From the IMG/VR virus record IMGVR_UViG_3300025875_000002, positions 64,001-128,000 of that record: a stretch of 64,000 bases of DNA. One strand, given 5' to 3'. The translations under genes and the position numbers were made by a program. This DNA comes from a virus. Taxonomy: Duplodnaviria; Heunggongvirae; Uroviricota; Caudoviricetes. Below the pieces are notes generated by a model. The model saw nothing but the letters and a program-made list of their open reading frames with translations. It searched no databases and was not told the origin of the DNA. This document shows positions 47,101 through 56,158 of this stretch, one piece after another; the stretch's first letter is position 1; each line of letters begins with the position of its first letter.

Positions 47101-47187
47101 AGAGAAGATGTTGACATTGAGCGTGCCGTTGCTAAGGCAATTGACGCAAGAGAATCTAGAAATGGTAGAAGAAGGGTTGTTGCATAA
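41152..47187 (+). CDS. tape measure protein (start CTG 41152 or GTG 41209)
   Basis: About 2000 aa, Ala-rich helical, TP901-type core, TM segments, C-terminal peptidase-like motif. Confidence 0.9.
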   Translation: MSKTQDIVVRFNGKADFGDVRKEIVQLQAAFSRMEASMAAARKSADPDDKIGVYKDQLAQLAQIKSAYNNAAMASGNWHVQTVKNISESEKLTDQIKRQKLGVRDLVKYYKEYQSTSGKSGALSEAIKEQTALRNATASQMTGNVFGKNETDLHVPKNLGSDLDNVRTKLGLINQAIGSASTSMVNWGKNTQWAGRQITVGLTMPLGIAAVGAAALALQVDKSLTDVAKVYDTVSQSQMGQEKELAAVREQGLATATRAAQEYGSSLQDTLDAQAQLAATGLNGAKLQQATNETMRIATLGQMDYQKSVDMTVALQTAFGLSNEDLTKSFDTMNAVENATSLSIQDIADAVPRAASAMAALGGSVNDMIVMLTAMKESGVDAAEAANAIKSATSTILSPSTKAKNYWQETFGVDITEMAKESKGNLLQMMKDLAKVTHGKDAQEVTNGINLLFGKYQFNRAAALFGNLGDAMTGTLNQTATAMQTVGESSEDLAATAATELERWQKSVSGKFKRATESIKAELVPLGMVALQVVTPIIQLVSQMIAGFNNLPGSAKMILLVSAGLLALIGPAMMLVGIFANLAGSVIKFGSTMANLRLRFKAINSEEAAAEILAKKAKSRFDTEGAAAANLTLQLQALTKAMEQTALAQGALSMDSTGKMVSSRADGAVTGTRQVAQRANGSLMYAAGSVDASGNKIGGQTISKADAAEWEKVRGTSVVVSENAKKTRVSMDGVGKALGAITAAGLVFGTMQTGADGTLNTVLNIAMVVGTIGMTFPGAFTKVLGKAKELLTTMKGVGAATAVASTKGKAIGAMATLTTGFKTNGIKGVGQAVSALAPKFASIASIATKIFLPAGILAGGVFMIKKIADAMNEVENRQKAIGSSAKNWADVLGYTYTPGVYDGAAKALDTLAARKPDVDALTEANESLVESLREAAKEGGDFGKVYDMAMQEALKVVTSGGTAAQAKQAFMISLQAAGLQQVEMGPLELQFDSVDLTDPTQIKSQLTKQLNNIIQSIPRGIDAMNGSWFRNAMGGNLSSEARAAGLNAGQTFARMFMSAATPAEQADIFSNFTSQLDSEFSGSFNQIYNNLDDDWKAKFDKLGIDSIGSLRAALGKIDDEGELIDWNMAIGTKGQSAMASYVELMETMLQGMVDEGLITEDKMKEIEDGLWSMDDVKVELDVDDSAVTDAKDDVDEAAAAVNDLDGTNIEITADMRTNQLKSSMSGTMDAIYAEADRRLQASQDAQINSIQAAGDKRQAALEARGKREDAYWDARSDALDKAQQAEDDIFGDAWDNREKGEKASWDRSEDNLSDYWDQREKDTEAYYDNESDRIDATIEAINDETDSRTEAIQVQIDAETDADDMRQKLFDREKTRIERMAELQNDNIDFNSALGSGNLDEAARVYNSTGAKVQQWGLDDQNDALDEIAEKRKKELEDSIDLIEDERDARIDSLNDQKDAISDAKDFRMEALKAEREAAEESFEAQRAAAEDSLARQRELEERALKARQDDAKKLVESQRQAQQDSLANAKTADQARTASAQASAQAQFEADRRGLAQRLQELQAFTPRNQAELNDHIAKVEQAYRDYGINLSAQGNGWAQFIGGALRTNVNTAAISLQNDINWQAMGKVISDRVASSTGMSANDLQFFIQNGRFPKQGITGIFDQVLGAVQRLASSVGSRHTGGLTPGTAGFSAKDRTGVPRSASLFPSETMAILKRGEFVVNEKATRSNYGLLQQINSGAIARHEGGVAEAAPTMVGGMASMQGQVIEMALESWVAQAMAQQAATKIAVQQNSEGLLGGGAFGGVAQGGSQIDRMFNTIKAAFPKARLNDGYRPGASDMHGQGKAVDLGLQGVAGGLGNSYLASMNQWIADNIPNVYELIYDGTGDNRPDLKRGAAYNYGAALQAQHRNHVHWAMQSFHKGGGFGLPQLNAGAFTMSEGLANLHPGEAVLTKPLTDGFKQNVANSTENGYNVTIDLRGALVREDVDIERAVAKAIDARESRNGRRRVVA

Positions 47188-47600
47188 TGGCTGGACGAAC
47201 AGCGATGGTTTTCCCCAAGGGGGCAATGGTCCAGTGGAATAATAACAAGCTGACTGACCATAATAGATCAGAGCTTTCCGTAGACATAGAACGTATTGAA
47301 ACGGCAAAGCGTATGGCGAATGGAATGTTGCGAAAGTATATTGTCGCAGATAAGCGTACATTTTCTGTATCTTGGAATGATCTTCCTCATACGAAGAACT
47401 ATACTGTAGACGGATTTTGGGGTGGTAAAGAGATGGAATTGTTTTATAACACGACCCCTGGGTCTTTTCCCCTTAAGGTTACGTATGGTGATAATACTAC
47501 AGAAATATTTACGGTTATGATTACAGAGTTTGGCAAGACAATAAAAAAGAGAGGTCTTTATGACTTCTGGGATGTAGATGTGGAGATGACAGAGGTTTAA
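47187..47600 (+). CDS. distal tail-like protein
   Basis: Immediately after the tape measure gene. Confidence 0.65.
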   Translation: MAGRTAMVFPKGAMVQWNNNKLTDHNRSELSVDIERIETAKRMANGMLRKYIVADKRTFSVSWNDLPHTKNYTVDGFWGGKEMELFYNTTPGSFPLKVTYGDNTTEIFTVMITEFGKTIKKRGLYDFWDVDVEMTEV

Positions 47601-50600
47601 TGAAGGCAGCAACAATTGCGGCTAAGAATCTAATTAAGCAGAGTGATCAGGTAAAAGCGCTTCCGAAGCTTACGGCTGAATGGGAGCATAATCGGTTCAC
47701 TCCATTTGTCGATCCTGAAAATCCTGTAACGGTTACACCGATTGAGACTCAGAATATAGAATGGCAGTCTATCTATGACCTGACATCAATTGCGTTACCA
47801 AATCGTCCAAGAACGGGTATTGCTAAAGCTAGGATAGATAGCAATGGCAAGCTGACTGCCGCCGGTAAGTATAGGGATATTCCGCAATCGTCACGATTCT
47901 ATCTTTCAACACAAGATGACCAGTATAAGTATTGGTCATCACAACAGAAGACCGGGACGACCGCCGGTTCGGGTGGTTATAGTTTCTCAACCCCTATAGA
48001 GTTAACTCTTATGTACGATACACCAACAGTTGCAAATAAGGTGGTTATTGGTTTTGAGTGTAGTTACGCAACTCCGTCAAGTCTTAGCATAGCCGTCACC
48101 ACTGATGGTGTTAATTGGAATACGATTAATACTTTTCCACCAATTGATGTAGATGGTCGAATTACATTGTGGAGGGATAATAATGACACGTGGACTGACG
48201 CCAAGGTTGTTGTTGATCCATACACAATAAAGAATCTTCCAGGAGTTAAGGGAGTTCGTGTAACAGTATACGGAATGAATCAGCCGTCAACCCATCTTGA
48301 TGTATTGCAGATGGGCGCCCGGTTGGAAAGTGATCTTTCTGATTATATAGAAACATACTCAAAAGATTTTGAACTTTCTGATGTATCATTTATTTCCCCT
48401 CTGGGTCAAGCATCATCAAATACTGCTAGTGTAGATTTAAGCAATATTGATAAAATTTTTAATGGTAATAATTCGTCAAGTCCATTTTATGGATTAATTG
48501 GTAAAAAAGTTAAGTTCATAATGGATCTTAGTCTAGATGTTAGGCCAGCTGGAAGCGCAGACGAGCGCGTCCGGGAATTTACTATGTGGACAGACAGTTG
48601 GGGCGGGGAAGAAGAAACCACCTCCAGCATTAAGCTAAAGGATTCTTCTGTATTTTTGCAGGAGATGAGTGCTCCTAAGGTGTTTTGGGGAGCAAGCCCA
48701 GCTGACGCATACAATGGTCAGGCAACCCCGGCCGATGGTGAGGTTATGACTGTAGGTGCTGTTATATGGCAGCTCATGGATCTAGTAGGTCTTAGTAATT
48801 ATCAGTACATTACAGACGTGCTAGATACTGGACAGGCAGTACAATATTACTGGCCTGATGGTGATTCTACCGTATGGGAAGAGATTTCAAGTCTTGCCGA
48901 GGGTACGCAGACTGCTGTCTACTTCGATGAATATGATGTGATGCAGATTAAGACTCGCAATACTATTTTTTCATCACGTGAGACTATTGACTGGAATCTT
49001 GATGCTACGAAGAATGGTATCAAGTTGCCGGACATTGTTGAAATTGAAGTAAGCGATGAAGTCGTTGCAAACGAAGTAGAGGTTACATATAAGCCTACTA
49101 AGTATAGTAACTTTCAAAATGGCCTTCCACAAATGGAGACGGTCTGGGAGTCTGCTGATGACACTGTGATTCTGCGTGCTACACCGCTAACCCGTGACTT
49201 GTTAAAGACAGACACGGTCATGTGGATTAAGTACAGTGAAGCTGCGTATTGGCCATATGGGTCTTATGTTAATATTCGTGGCGAAGTCATAAAGTATAGA
49301 GGTAAGGAATACATTTGGCGCAAGCCCGGTGGAGGATTTGGTTTCGATACAGTCTACAGTGCTGACGATAAGGCTAAGCTTGATGCTGCCAGTGATCCTA
49401 ATCTTGCGTACTTGAACAGTTGGAGTGGCAAGGTAGAAATCACAGAGCGCGGTGTTGGAGGAACTGGAACTGCAAACCATTTCGTTCGTCCGGCTCAGTA
49501 TAACCTAAAGGTAAGCAATCACTTTAATAATGGTTTTTACCCTGTCTCGGCCGGTACAGGCATGAATTACTTCGATGGCACCATGACTTTAGTTTCTCCC
49601 AGCTATGTCGGGGGAAATGACTACTTCATTGCTCAGCATGAAACATTGATAGAGTCAACCAATTCCCAGTATGGAACTAGAATGAGGTTCCCTAGTAGCC
49701 AAATTTATGCGAATAAGCTAGCTGTTGGAGGTATGGTTATTGCCGGTGATTGGGGCGATGCTGGTTATTATGTTAGGCTTTCTCCAACAGAATATGTTGA
49801 GCTAGAAGGACGAGTTAGAAACGAGCTAGCATTAATTGCTATGCCCGGCGATGCCCCGGCAGAAAGTTTGGTTGGTGTCACGGGTGACCTTAAGGGATTT
49901 GCTGCTGCCATTAAGTATGACGAATGGATCGACGTTGACGTTCGTCATGTTGCTCATGCCAATGGAAGTTCAACGGTCACAGTTTACCTTAATGGAGTTT
50001 GGTCAGGACAGTGGGAGATTCCTCTCGCTGTTAGACAACGCTCCCCCGACACCGGTAGGTGGGGAATTTTCAATGGTAATCAGTGTAGAACAGAATATGA
50101 GTATGTTTACGCCATTAATCTTAACAATCGTAATTCAGATTATACTAACCTGTCACCAGACGAGACATCGTTCATTGATCTGGCTCGCGGCGGGTTTGTA
50201 AGCGGATTCATTGAGAGAGAATGGAGATACGGATATTTCTCTAGCATCAATTACGCTGCCTACCGTGAAGGAAGCAGCAAGTTTGTTCAGAATTGGTCAA
50301 TATCTGATAGTTACGTATTGGATGAGTTCGGCCCGGTCGTTCATGAGATGAGAGAATTCAATGCTACATTCGATGATGGTGAAATTCCTGTAAGTCATTC
50401 ATGGCTTAACTTTACTAATGAAGCTCAAATAGTTTGCACAGACTACTATGCTGATCCATTTGGTGCAAAGTTTACTCTGGTTAATACCAGCCGTCGTGAT
50501 GCTGTAGTGAAGGGTGAAGACACATACACTGTTCCCGATGACACTGTAGACCATGATTTCTTTATCTATGGTCGAGTCTTATTGCAAGAAGATGAGTTGA

Positions 50601-50917
50601 CTGTTACTACCAGGGATGAACCTTCTATTAGAAAAAATGGAGTTACTTCCGTTAAGTTTGATAATCGATTCATTCAGTCTGAGGCCTCCGCTATAGATAT
50701 TGGACAGTGGGTAACCAGACTTTGGGCCGGTGGAGTGGATCAAATTGAAGCGGATATATTTGGAAACCCATTCATCCAGATAGGAGATTTGGTTACTCTG
50801 AGTTACCCTGTTAAGGACATGTACCCAGAGACTCATAAGTATTTTGTGGTCGGGATCAAGAATCAATATGAAACTGGTCTTGAAACAACACTAATTTTAA
50901 GGCGAGCCCGGGTTTAA
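47600..50917 (+). CDS. large minor tail / baseplate hub protein
   Basis: 1105 aa; C-terminal GNPFIQIGDLVTL motif typical of Tal/hub proteins. Confidence 0.75.
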   Translation: MKAATIAAKNLIKQSDQVKALPKLTAEWEHNRFTPFVDPENPVTVTPIETQNIEWQSIYDLTSIALPNRPRTGIAKARIDSNGKLTAAGKYRDIPQSSRFYLSTQDDQYKYWSSQQKTGTTAGSGGYSFSTPIELTLMYDTPTVANKVVIGFECSYATPSSLSIAVTTDGVNWNTINTFPPIDVDGRITLWRDNNDTWTDAKVVVDPYTIKNLPGVKGVRVTVYGMNQPSTHLDVLQMGARLESDLSDYIETYSKDFELSDVSFISPLGQASSNTASVDLSNIDKIFNGNNSSSPFYGLIGKKVKFIMDLSLDVRPAGSADERVREFTMWTDSWGGEEETTSSIKLKDSSVFLQEMSAPKVFWGASPADAYNGQATPADGEVMTVGAVIWQLMDLVGLSNYQYITDVLDTGQAVQYYWPDGDSTVWEEISSLAEGTQTAVYFDEYDVMQIKTRNTIFSSRETIDWNLDATKNGIKLPDIVEIEVSDEVVANEVEVTYKPTKYSNFQNGLPQMETVWESADDTVILRATPLTRDLLKTDTVMWIKYSEAAYWPYGSYVNIRGEVIKYRGKEYIWRKPGGGFGFDTVYSADDKAKLDAASDPNLAYLNSWSGKVEITERGVGGTGTANHFVRPAQYNLKVSNHFNNGFYPVSAGTGMNYFDGTMTLVSPSYVGGNDYFIAQHETLIESTNSQYGTRMRFPSSQIYANKLAVGGMVIAGDWGDAGYYVRLSPTEYVELEGRVRNELALIAMPGDAPAESLVGVTGDLKGFAAAIKYDEWIDVDVRHVAHANGSSTVTVYLNGVWSGQWEIPLAVRQRSPDTGRWGIFNGNQCRTEYEYVYAINLNNRNSDYTNLSPDETSFIDLARGGFVSGFIEREWRYGYFSSINYAAYREGSSKFVQNWSISDSYVLDEFGPVVHEMREFNATFDDGEIPVSHSWLNFTNEAQIVCTDYYADPFGAKFTLVNTSRRDAVVKGEDTYTVPDDTVDHDFFIYGRVLLQEDELTVTTRDEPSIRKNGVTSVKFDNRFIQSEASAIDIGQWVTRLWAGGVDQIEADIFGNPFIQIGDLVTLSYPVKDMYPETHKYFVVGIKNQYETGLETTLILRRARV

Positions 50918-50970
50918 GTTCTTAGTCGCTTAATATTTGACATTAATACCTGACCTGCTATAATTGTGCT

Positions 50971-51276
50971 ATGGCTACTTCAAGGGTTAGAGACGTTGTA
51001 ATTGATCCTCGCTTCTTCGTTCCGCCTGGTGTTGTTGACGTTAGGCACCAGAATAACGAGGATGCCGAGGTACTTTATGACGCCTCTACCCTTGCACAGG
51101 AAGGCCCGGTGCTGCAATCACCAGCTTCTGTAATTCCCATGCCACCAACTAGCTATACAATTGTAGATCAGCGAGTACGCATTGCTTCTGACGGCCGAGC
51201 CATTGTAGATGCCATTGTCGATTTCCCTGACGTTGATGGCGTTATTTCAATAGACGTGAGGGTGACGAAAGTTTAA
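50971..51276 (+). CDS. minor tail protein
   Basis: Leaderless promoter TTGACA-16-TATAAT. Confidence 0.65.
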   Translation: MATSRVRDVVIDPRFFVPPGVVDVRHQNNEDAEVLYDASTLAQEGPVLQSPASVIPMPPTSYTIVDQRVRIASDGRAIVDAIVDFPDVDGVISIDVRVTKV

Positions 51277-51672
51277 ATGATTACAACAAATGGAAAGAAC
51301 GTCATTAAGCGTTTCTTCGCTCGTCAAGTTCCACAGATTGCTGGAAGTATGGCATTTGGAACATCATCTAGCGCCCCGGTAGTTGGGGATGTTAAGTTAG
51401 GTGCAGAAGTTCTAAGAGTTCCCATTTCATCTATTGGTGCAGACCTAGACAACAATAGGATTGTATTCAAGGCAGTCATTCCTGCCGGAACGCTGACCAC
51501 CATATCAGAAATTGGTTTGTATTCATCGATTTCTTTTTCAAGCACACTCGACCCGGCAATTATAGATCCTTCAAACGTGTTGGTGTCCCGTGGTATTTTT
51601 GTTACTCCACAAGCTGTGGATGCTGATGTTGACAGTGAAGTCGAATATTCTTTGGGGATTAATATTACATGA
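51277..51672 (+). CDS. minor tail protein
   Basis: MITTNGK..A.G......D..L..E..R..I..EIGLY motif of tail-fibre attachment domains. Confidence 0.65.
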   Translation: MITTNGKNVIKRFFARQVPQIAGSMAFGTSSSAPVVGDVKLGAEVLRVPISSIGADLDNNRIVFKAVIPAGTLTTISEIGLYSSISFSSTLDPAIIDPSNVLVSRGIFVTPQAVDADVDSEVEYSLGINIT

Positions 51673-53897
51673 GAGTTTTACTAAGAGACTTAGCGGCCGG
51701 TCAACAGTATGCTTTGCAGTTTCGTTCTAACACGGGAGAGCAAGTATCAGAGTGGTCACAGATTCAAAGATTTACAACAACCAATGATCTAATCCCGCCT
51801 TCTCAGCCTACCAATTTGACGTGGTATGATTCAGGAGCTGCATTCATAGGTCAATGGGATCAGGTGACAACCCAAGCGACCGTGCCCGCAACACCAATCA
51901 AAGATTTTCGTTACTATCGTTGCAACATTTCTGATGGAACTAAGTCCGTTGACCGGTTCGTGATTCGTGAGTTTATTTCACTTAGCAAGCAAGAAAACAT
52001 TGCTGCCTTTGGAACTTACAAGAACGTTCTGACTTTAAAAGTTTATGCTGTAGACAATACGTACAACGAGTCTACGCCTGCTACTGCCATTATTGACCCT
52101 GCAATTCCACCCATGCCCTCGGTGCCGGTCCTAAAAACCTATTTTGGATCGCTTTTGGCAGAGTGGAATGGCAAAGACTCATCAGGCACCGGTATGCTAG
52201 ATAGCGTTGAGTATTTAGAAGTACATCTAGGAACGACCAATAATTTTACTGCAAGCGCATCTACCTTGCAGGTGCGACTGTACCCAAGTGTAGACGTAAC
52301 TACTCAGAGGGTCTTGCTGTCTGGTCTTACCGATGGAACAACTTACTACGCTAGATTCATCGCTGTTAATTTTGCTGGAAAGAAATCTAATGTTTCAGCG
52401 ATTTCAAATAGTGCGGTCCAATCACGGTTGACTGGATTAGACATTCAACCGAATGGAATTGGAACAGCCCAGATAAACTTCACGGCACGTGATCTTGGTG
52501 GCGCGAATGCATTTTACGGATTGGTTCAGCCTCAGATTGGCGTTAATGGTGTTACTACGCTAAAGGCCGGTGATATATGGTATAACACCAGTACCGGAGT
52601 CAATGCTGGTAAGACATATAGATATGATGGTACACTTTGGAATGAAGACGCTACAATTGGCGTTATTAGTGGTAGTAAGATTATGGCTAACACTCTTACT
52701 GCTAATGCAGTAGGGACCAATCTTTTGATCACAGCATCTGCCAACATGGCAGATGCTGTGATTGATAGTGCCAAGATTAACTTCATAAACGCGGCTAAGA
52801 TTACGACTGGCATTTTGCAGTCAAACCAAACCACTGTAGTTAATAACCTTACTGTTCCTACTTGGTCACTAGATCTTAATGGAAATGCCGTTTTTAACAA
52901 TGGTACTTTTAGAGGAACTGTTGTTGGATCGATCTTCAAGACTTCGGCAGCTAGCAATGACGGCATTATCATTGACCCTAATGCCCCACCATTCGGAGCT
53001 AACCCTGCCGGTGATACTTATGCAGAAATCAGATTGTATGATGATTACACTCGGGCATCAAGAATTAGAGTTGTTAATGAGACAACAGGTACCAATCCAG
53101 GATCAACCTTTCAGCTTACGGCTCCGGGTGCTTTGGGTAACGCCATTAATCCGGGCGACGTTGCTGGCGCCACCCTAATGCTTGACAATAGAGGACAAGC
53201 TCTGCTCTACACCGACACTGGTATCGCTTCTGTATATGGCAAGGACGTTAGAATAAGTGCAATTCCTGGGACAACCAGTCCAAGCAATATTCAAATAGCT
53301 AGCGCTGGCGATATGGTTTTGACTGCTGTCAACAACAAGTCGTGTAGCGTATATGCCTTTGACATGTATGTAATTCCCCCAAACATTAATGGGGTGGGTA
53401 GAGGATATGTTAGATTCATGGGTGGAGACGTGCCCGAAACAACTGGACGAATTGCACTTATAAACACTGCTGGGTATGGTGTTGTGCTTAAGGCATACTA
53501 TAATCCTAGCACCGGTAACCCATTGCGTTTCGAAGTTAGAAATGCTAATGATACTAGCTGGGAAAGAATGGGAGCTACAGCTTTCGATGTGCTTTCCGAT
53601 GTGAATACGAAGGATGAAATCAGAATAATTCTATCTGGTGAAAAGCAATCAATGCTTTCCGAGTTAATGGAAACTGATTTATACTCATATAAGAGAATTA
53701 GAGACGATGATCTTTACAGGCCCACGGAGATTGGTATGATTGCACAGAAGGCCCCGGCGCTAATTACAAGTGGTCCGTCAGGAACGATGACTGTTGACTT
53801 GTATCAGGCGCAAGCCATGCACTTGGCAGCTTTCCAGGAGTTTGTAAAAGAAACAAGAAATGCCATAAAGGAACTTAAGGGAGAAAAGAATGAATAA
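51669..53897 (+). CDS. tail fibre/receptor-binding protein with FN3-like domains and C-terminal S74-like chaperone
   Basis: PPSQPTNLTW, LTDGTTYYARFIAVN; terminal SD...K..I....GMIAQ. Confidence 0.75.
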   Translation: MRVLLRDLAAGQQYALQFRSNTGEQVSEWSQIQRFTTTNDLIPPSQPTNLTWYDSGAAFIGQWDQVTTQATVPATPIKDFRYYRCNISDGTKSVDRFVIREFISLSKQENIAAFGTYKNVLTLKVYAVDNTYNESTPATAIIDPAIPPMPSVPVLKTYFGSLLAEWNGKDSSGTGMLDSVEYLEVHLGTTNNFTASASTLQVRLYPSVDVTTQRVLLSGLTDGTTYYARFIAVNFAGKKSNVSAISNSAVQSRLTGLDIQPNGIGTAQINFTARDLGGANAFYGLVQPQIGVNGVTTLKAGDIWYNTSTGVNAGKTYRYDGTLWNEDATIGVISGSKIMANTLTANAVGTNLLITASANMADAVIDSAKINFINAAKITTGILQSNQTTVVNNLTVPTWSLDLNGNAVFNNGTFRGTVVGSIFKTSAASNDGIIIDPNAPPFGANPAGDTYAEIRLYDDYTRASRIRVVNETTGTNPGSTFQLTAPGALGNAINPGDVAGATLMLDNRGQALLYTDTGIASVYGKDVRISAIPGTTSPSNIQIASAGDMVLTAVNNKSCSVYAFDMYVIPPNINGVGRGYVRFMGGDVPETTGRIALINTAGYGVVLKAYYNPSTGNPLRFEVRNANDTSWERMGATAFDVLSDVNTKDEIRIILSGEKQSMLSELMETDLYSYKRIRDDDLYRPTEIGMIAQKAPALITSGPSGTMTVDLYQAQAMHLAAFQEFVKETRNAIKELKGEKNE

Positions 53898-54072
53898 TCA
53901 AATGGATGCTAATGAACTAATTAATGGTCTTCTTGGCCAGGTCGGTGACCAGGCAAAAGAAGTGGCTATGTTAAAGGTTCAACTTGTACATGCACTGAAT
54001 CAAATTGACGAGCTGACTAAGCAAGTTGAGCCGGTCGAGGAAGTGGTAGACGATGGCAGCGACACCGTATAA
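53890..54072 (+). CDS. small coiled-coil protein
   Basis: Coupled ORF after the fibre gene. Confidence 0.55.
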   Translation: MNNQMDANELINGLLGQVGDQAKEVAMLKVQLVHALNQIDELTKQVEPVEEVVDDGSDTV

Positions 54073-54493
54073 GTCAGTTAATTTTTCTGGCGAAGCGCTG
54101 AGCCAAGCAAAGTTTCAGCAACTTGCAAATAATGGGCAGTGGCTTTTTGAGAATACTCCAAGGGTTAGATATAGCTCATTCGGCGGGTTACTAAAGGATA
54201 GTAACACCAAGATTATTTCTGGTAAGTCACCATACACAGCAGTTAATGCTGATTACGCTCGGGTTGCAGTTTACTTCGGTAGCTTTTTTACTGCCGGTTG
54301 TAAACCTAACGTTACGGCGACAGTTGAGGTCGGCGGCGGTCTTGTAAGAAAGGTAGTGTCACTTACTAGTCTGTCTGGTGGTGGTGTAGACCATACGGGT
54401 TTTGTAGCTGAGTTATTCACCGTAGAGGCGGGCACTCAGAATCGTTTGGTTGAAGCTGGTGGATTTATTCACTGGCAAGCAATAGGTTACTAA
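54053..54493 (+). CDS. minor tail protein
   Basis: C-terminal IHWQAIGY fibre-like ending. Confidence 0.6.
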   Translation: MAATPYKSVNFSGEALSQAKFQQLANNGQWLFENTPRVRYSSFGGLLKDSNTKIISGKSPYTAVNADYARVAVYFGSFFTAGCKPNVTATVEVGGGLVRKVVSLTSLSGGGVDHTGFVAELFTVEAGTQNRLVEAGGFIHWQAIGY

Positions 54494-54520
54494 GTCTTTC
54501 TTATATAGGAGAACCTGAAT

Positions 54521-54787
54521 GTGTTGAAAAAGGGATACTACTCATCTAGGCGTAGAGCAATAATGCTAGCCGGAGACGACATTGATCATTTGACCGTCTT
54601 TGAGCGTGATGAGTGGATTTGCAACATATGCAAGAAGTTGATTGATAGGTCTTTACGCGGGGATAATTGGTGGAGGGCAACACTCGATCATATAATTCCG
54701 CTCTGCAAGGGAGGTACCCACACGTGGGACAACACGGCCGCTGCACATTGGAAATGCAACATGGACAAAGCCGACAGACTGTGCTAG
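54521..54787 (+). CDS. HNH endonuclease
   Basis: VFERDEWICNIC..ATLDHIIPLCKGGTHTWDN..AH..CN. Confidence 0.9.
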   Translation: MLKKGYYSSRRRAIMLAGDDIDHLTVFERDEWICNICKKLIDRSLRGDNWWRATLDHIIPLCKGGTHTWDNTAAAHWKCNMDKADRLC

Positions 54788-54856
54788 ACTGTAGGTTGTC
54801 ATGACAGGGGGGCGCTTTGTGCGTCCCTTTTGTCGTCTAAGTAGAGAGGAAGAATT

Positions 54857-55075
54857 ATGAGTGTTCCAACGAATAAGGAACTGTATGATAATGCTCCCGA
54901 GGATGCATTTGATGCGGTTAAGGGTTGGCTGTCACGACACCAGCCTCCGGGCGAGTGGAGTCCGGTTAGGTCTGATTACAAGAGTTGGCTAGATTGGGCC
55001 ACTGCTAACTTTTTCCTTGATCCTGAAATTAGGGGAGCCTTTAAGAAAGAGTTTGGCATCACCTGGAATGTTTGA
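54857..55075 (+). CDS. hypothetical protein
   Basis: GAGGA RBS after terminator 54800-54836. Confidence 0.55.
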   Translation: MSVPTNKELYDNAPEDAFDAVKGWLSRHQPPGEWSPVRSDYKSWLDWATANFFLDPEIRGAFKKEFGITWNV

Positions 55076-55149
55076 GAATGGAGATACATGAGTAACGATA
55101 TGCGGACCGATAGCTTTGAGACTTGGTTGTGTGTCGTAGAACCGGGTGC

Positions 55150-55380
55150 TGAGCATGATTTCCGCCCGTATACGTATTTTACAGCGATCGTAGAATAATG
55201 GCTGATACGTTAGGTAGACGTTTAGAGTCATATGAAAATGTGCATCACAAGAACGGCAATCGTTCTGATAACAGATCGGAGAATTTAGAATTATGAATCA
55301 AAAGACAGCCAGCCGGTCAACGGATGGAAGATTTGATAGAGTATGCCGAATGGATTTTGAGGGAGTACAGTGAGCGGTGA
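55150..55380 (+). pseudogene. degraded HNH endonuclease gene
   Basis: ILQ(H)RRIM frameshifted near 55185; NVHHKNGNRSDNRSENLEL then TGA 55294 where homologues usually have W; continues QPAGQR..LIEYA. Confidence 0.7.
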
Positions 55381-56134
55381 TCTTAGATGGGCTTTTGCCT
55401 CAGATATTCATTTTCCTCTTCACGATGCGAGGACTGTTGAATTATGGTTGCGTGTTTTAAAGTGGTGGAAGCCCGGTGCAGTAGACTTGCTCGGAGACAT
55501 TGATGATGCTGATTCTACCTCACGCTGGGCAATCGGTCCAGAGACTTCTGTGCCCATTCTAGATGGTGGAGTTGTAGCAACCCGTGAGTTTTTAGCAGAG
55601 ATTAATGGCATTGTACCTGATGCAGATAAGCATTTTTTCGACGGTAATCACGGCTGGTTCAGGCACGAAAAGTATTTGCAAAAGAACGCCCCGGCGATGA
55701 TCGGTCTGATTACACCTGAGTTGCTTTACGAGAGCAACAAGGCCGGTTTCCAGTGGCATCAGTATGAGGAACCACCTACTAGACGTTACGGAGATATGTA
55801 CTGTCATCATGGAGATTCTATTAGTAAGCACGCGGGCGAGAGTGTCAGGAATGATGTTCTAAATTGGGGAGTTAGTCTCATGCGAGGTCATTCTCACCGT
55901 TTGGGTAATTACAACATTACTTATCCAATCACCGGTCAGTCTTTTAGAGGATTCGAAATTGGAAACATGTGTGATTCAAGAAAGATGGACTATGATAGAT
56001 CGCCCAACTGGCAGCAAGGTTTTGCTGTCGGCCATGTATCTGATGTGGGTACGGACAAGGAAACGGCTCACATTCAATTAATTGAAGTGCATGATCATAC
56101 CTGTTTTGTTGATGGAAAGCGTTTCTCCACCTGA
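55370..56134 (+). CDS. calcineurin-like metallophosphoesterase
   Basis: SDIH, LGDIDD, GNH, HHG, GHSHR. Confidence 0.85.
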   Translation: MSGDLRWAFASDIHFPLHDARTVELWLRVLKWWKPGAVDLLGDIDDADSTSRWAIGPETSVPILDGGVVATREFLAEINGIVPDADKHFFDGNHGWFRHEKYLQKNAPAMIGLITPELLYESNKAGFQWHQYEEPPTRRYGDMYCHHGDSISKHAGESVRNDVLNWGVSLMRGHSHRLGNYNITYPITGQSFRGFEIGNMCDSRKMDYDRSPNWQQGFAVGHVSDVGTDKETAHIQLIEVHDHTCFVDGKRFST

Positions 56135-56158
56135 GAGTTTTTATGTTATAATTAGATA

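Noticed and set aside
54800-54836. GGGGGGCGCTTTGT as a third R site
   Set aside because: Lacks CTAAG, forms a complete terminator hairpin and has no adjacent GC-rich payload; kept only as an alternative explanation for R.
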